A stretch of DNA of 64,000 nucleotides. It comes from Adineta vaga. Its lineage: Eukaryota > Animalia > Rotifera. Made by a program: the position numbers and the translations under genes. Shown one piece after another: positions 63,070 through 64,000 of the stretch. Where the stretch lies: assembly GCA_021613535.1 (NCBI GenBank), contig CP075493.1, forward strand, positions 13,702,001 through 13,766,000, written 5' to 3'. The notes below the pieces were generated by a model that was not told the DNA's origin, made no database searches, and saw only the letters and a program-made list of their open reading frames with translations. Positions within the stretch are counted from its first letter, which is position 1, and each line of letters begins with the position of its first letter.

Positions 63070-64000
63070 TTATTGAACAACTTTCATTACTACTACAGGT
63101 GTTTGATTAATTATTGGTGATATTTGATTAACATGAATACATCTTGTTAACGAACAAAATTGAATGATGTTTCGAAGTTTTTTTCGAAGTTCAGGTAATG
63201 CAAAAATACTCACAAAAGGAGTGAGTAATGTTGTAAAATAGGAAAGATAATAACTAATATCAAAGAAATCATAATAAGAACTATCTCTTACACCAGCAGT
63301 GTAAAGAGTATATAGAATCATCGATGGAAATACTATGATCAAATAAATAGCAGAAATAGATAACAATTGAATAGCCATTTTCCAATACTTTCTCCACTGC
63401 ATTCTTTGATTCATTCGATATTTACTATACCAAACGCGTCCTAAGAGTGCTAGACTAAAAATAACAATCGTGAAGATTGGAACAATATTATGTGCTATAC
63501 TATCCCACATGCCAAGTGCATCATTGTTATATGCACAGGTTGACACGCCACATCCTGCTTGATTAGCATAGAGATATGGTTCACAAGGGAGAACAAAATA
63601 GATAATGATATAGTAGATGAAAGGATAAAGAGTCAATATGCATAATGGTAAATAATGTAGAAAAATACGTTTTGTTTGTGTGTCAAGAAGATTTCGATGA
63701 AATATAAGAATATGTCGTTCGATAGCTGCCCAAGCGACAAGAAGTGTTATGACAACAGATACAGCATAATCAATGTATGTCCATGTATAACAAAAGACTT
63801 TTGTAACTGATAGAACATAACCAGTACGATAAAAATCAATAAACCAAAGTAAATCTGTTAGATTGAGAAAAATACCAAAAGCAAGAATAAGAATGATGAC
63901 ATGATTATTAAGAGCATGACGAAGTGTTCGATTAATAATAAAATGATAAAGACAGAAGATAGAACATAGGACAGATGGAATGAGAAAGATAAGATATAAC
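63070..64000 (-). CDS. Orphan 7TM GPCR, recent duplicate of 51425-52393; 5' end lies beyond the window
   Basis: Nucleotide sequence 63135-64000 is nearly identical to 51495-52360; only the C-terminal tail differs. Confidence 0.88.
   Translation of the reverse strand, partial: LYLIFLIPSVLCSIFCLYHFIINRTLRHALNNHVIILILAFGIFLNLTDLLWFIDFYRTGYVLSVTKVFCYTWTYIDYAVSVVITLLVAWAAIERHILIFHRNLLDTQTKRIFLHYLPLCILTLYPFIYYIIIYFVLPCEPYLYANQAGCGVSTCAYNNDALGMWDSIAHNIVPIFTIVIFSLALLGRVWYSKYRMNQRMQWRKYWKMAIQLLSISAIYLIIVFPSMILYTLYTAGVRDSSYYDFFDISYYLSYFTTLLTPFVSIFALPELRKKLRNIIQFCSLTRCIHVNQISPIINQTPVVVMKVVQ

Noticed and set aside
1-64000. CRISPR arrays, tRNA or rRNA genes, intact transposons
   Set aside because: No regularly spaced repeats, cloverleaf or rRNA-like segments, or complete transposase/RT ORFs were seen.

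Overview
Very AT-rich eukaryotic DNA with short GT-AG introns (about 48-360 nt). The gene content (F-box/LRR, NHL, FG-GAP and single-exon NACHT genes, orphan 7TM GPCRs, Fem-1, PDH E1-alpha, intron-bearing microbial-type genes, TGTGGG-like repeats) best fits a bdelloid rotifer; this is an inference. The main feature is a 22-kb minus-strand biosynthetic cluster that the ORF track splits into about 12 pieces. Manual splicing gives two genes. The first is a 7-exon NRPS (12928-25424, about 4000 aa, C-A-T x3) that ends in an epsilon-poly-lysine synthetase (Pls/PosA)-type membrane domain instead of a thioesterase. The second, only 107 nt downstream, is a 4-exon highly reducing type I PKS (3479-12820, 2918 aa, KS-AT-DH-cMT-ER-KR-ACP plus a degenerate TE). 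As assembled, the NRPS has one -1 frameshift and one in-frame TAA; these could be real or assembly errors. The rest of the window holds a 12-exon Cys-rich/FG-GAP membrane protein gene, a NACHT protein, four GPCRs, further horizontal-transfer candidates, several pseudogenes, a Tc1-like relic and small telomere-like palindromes. All family assignments come from motif recognition by eye; no searches were run.
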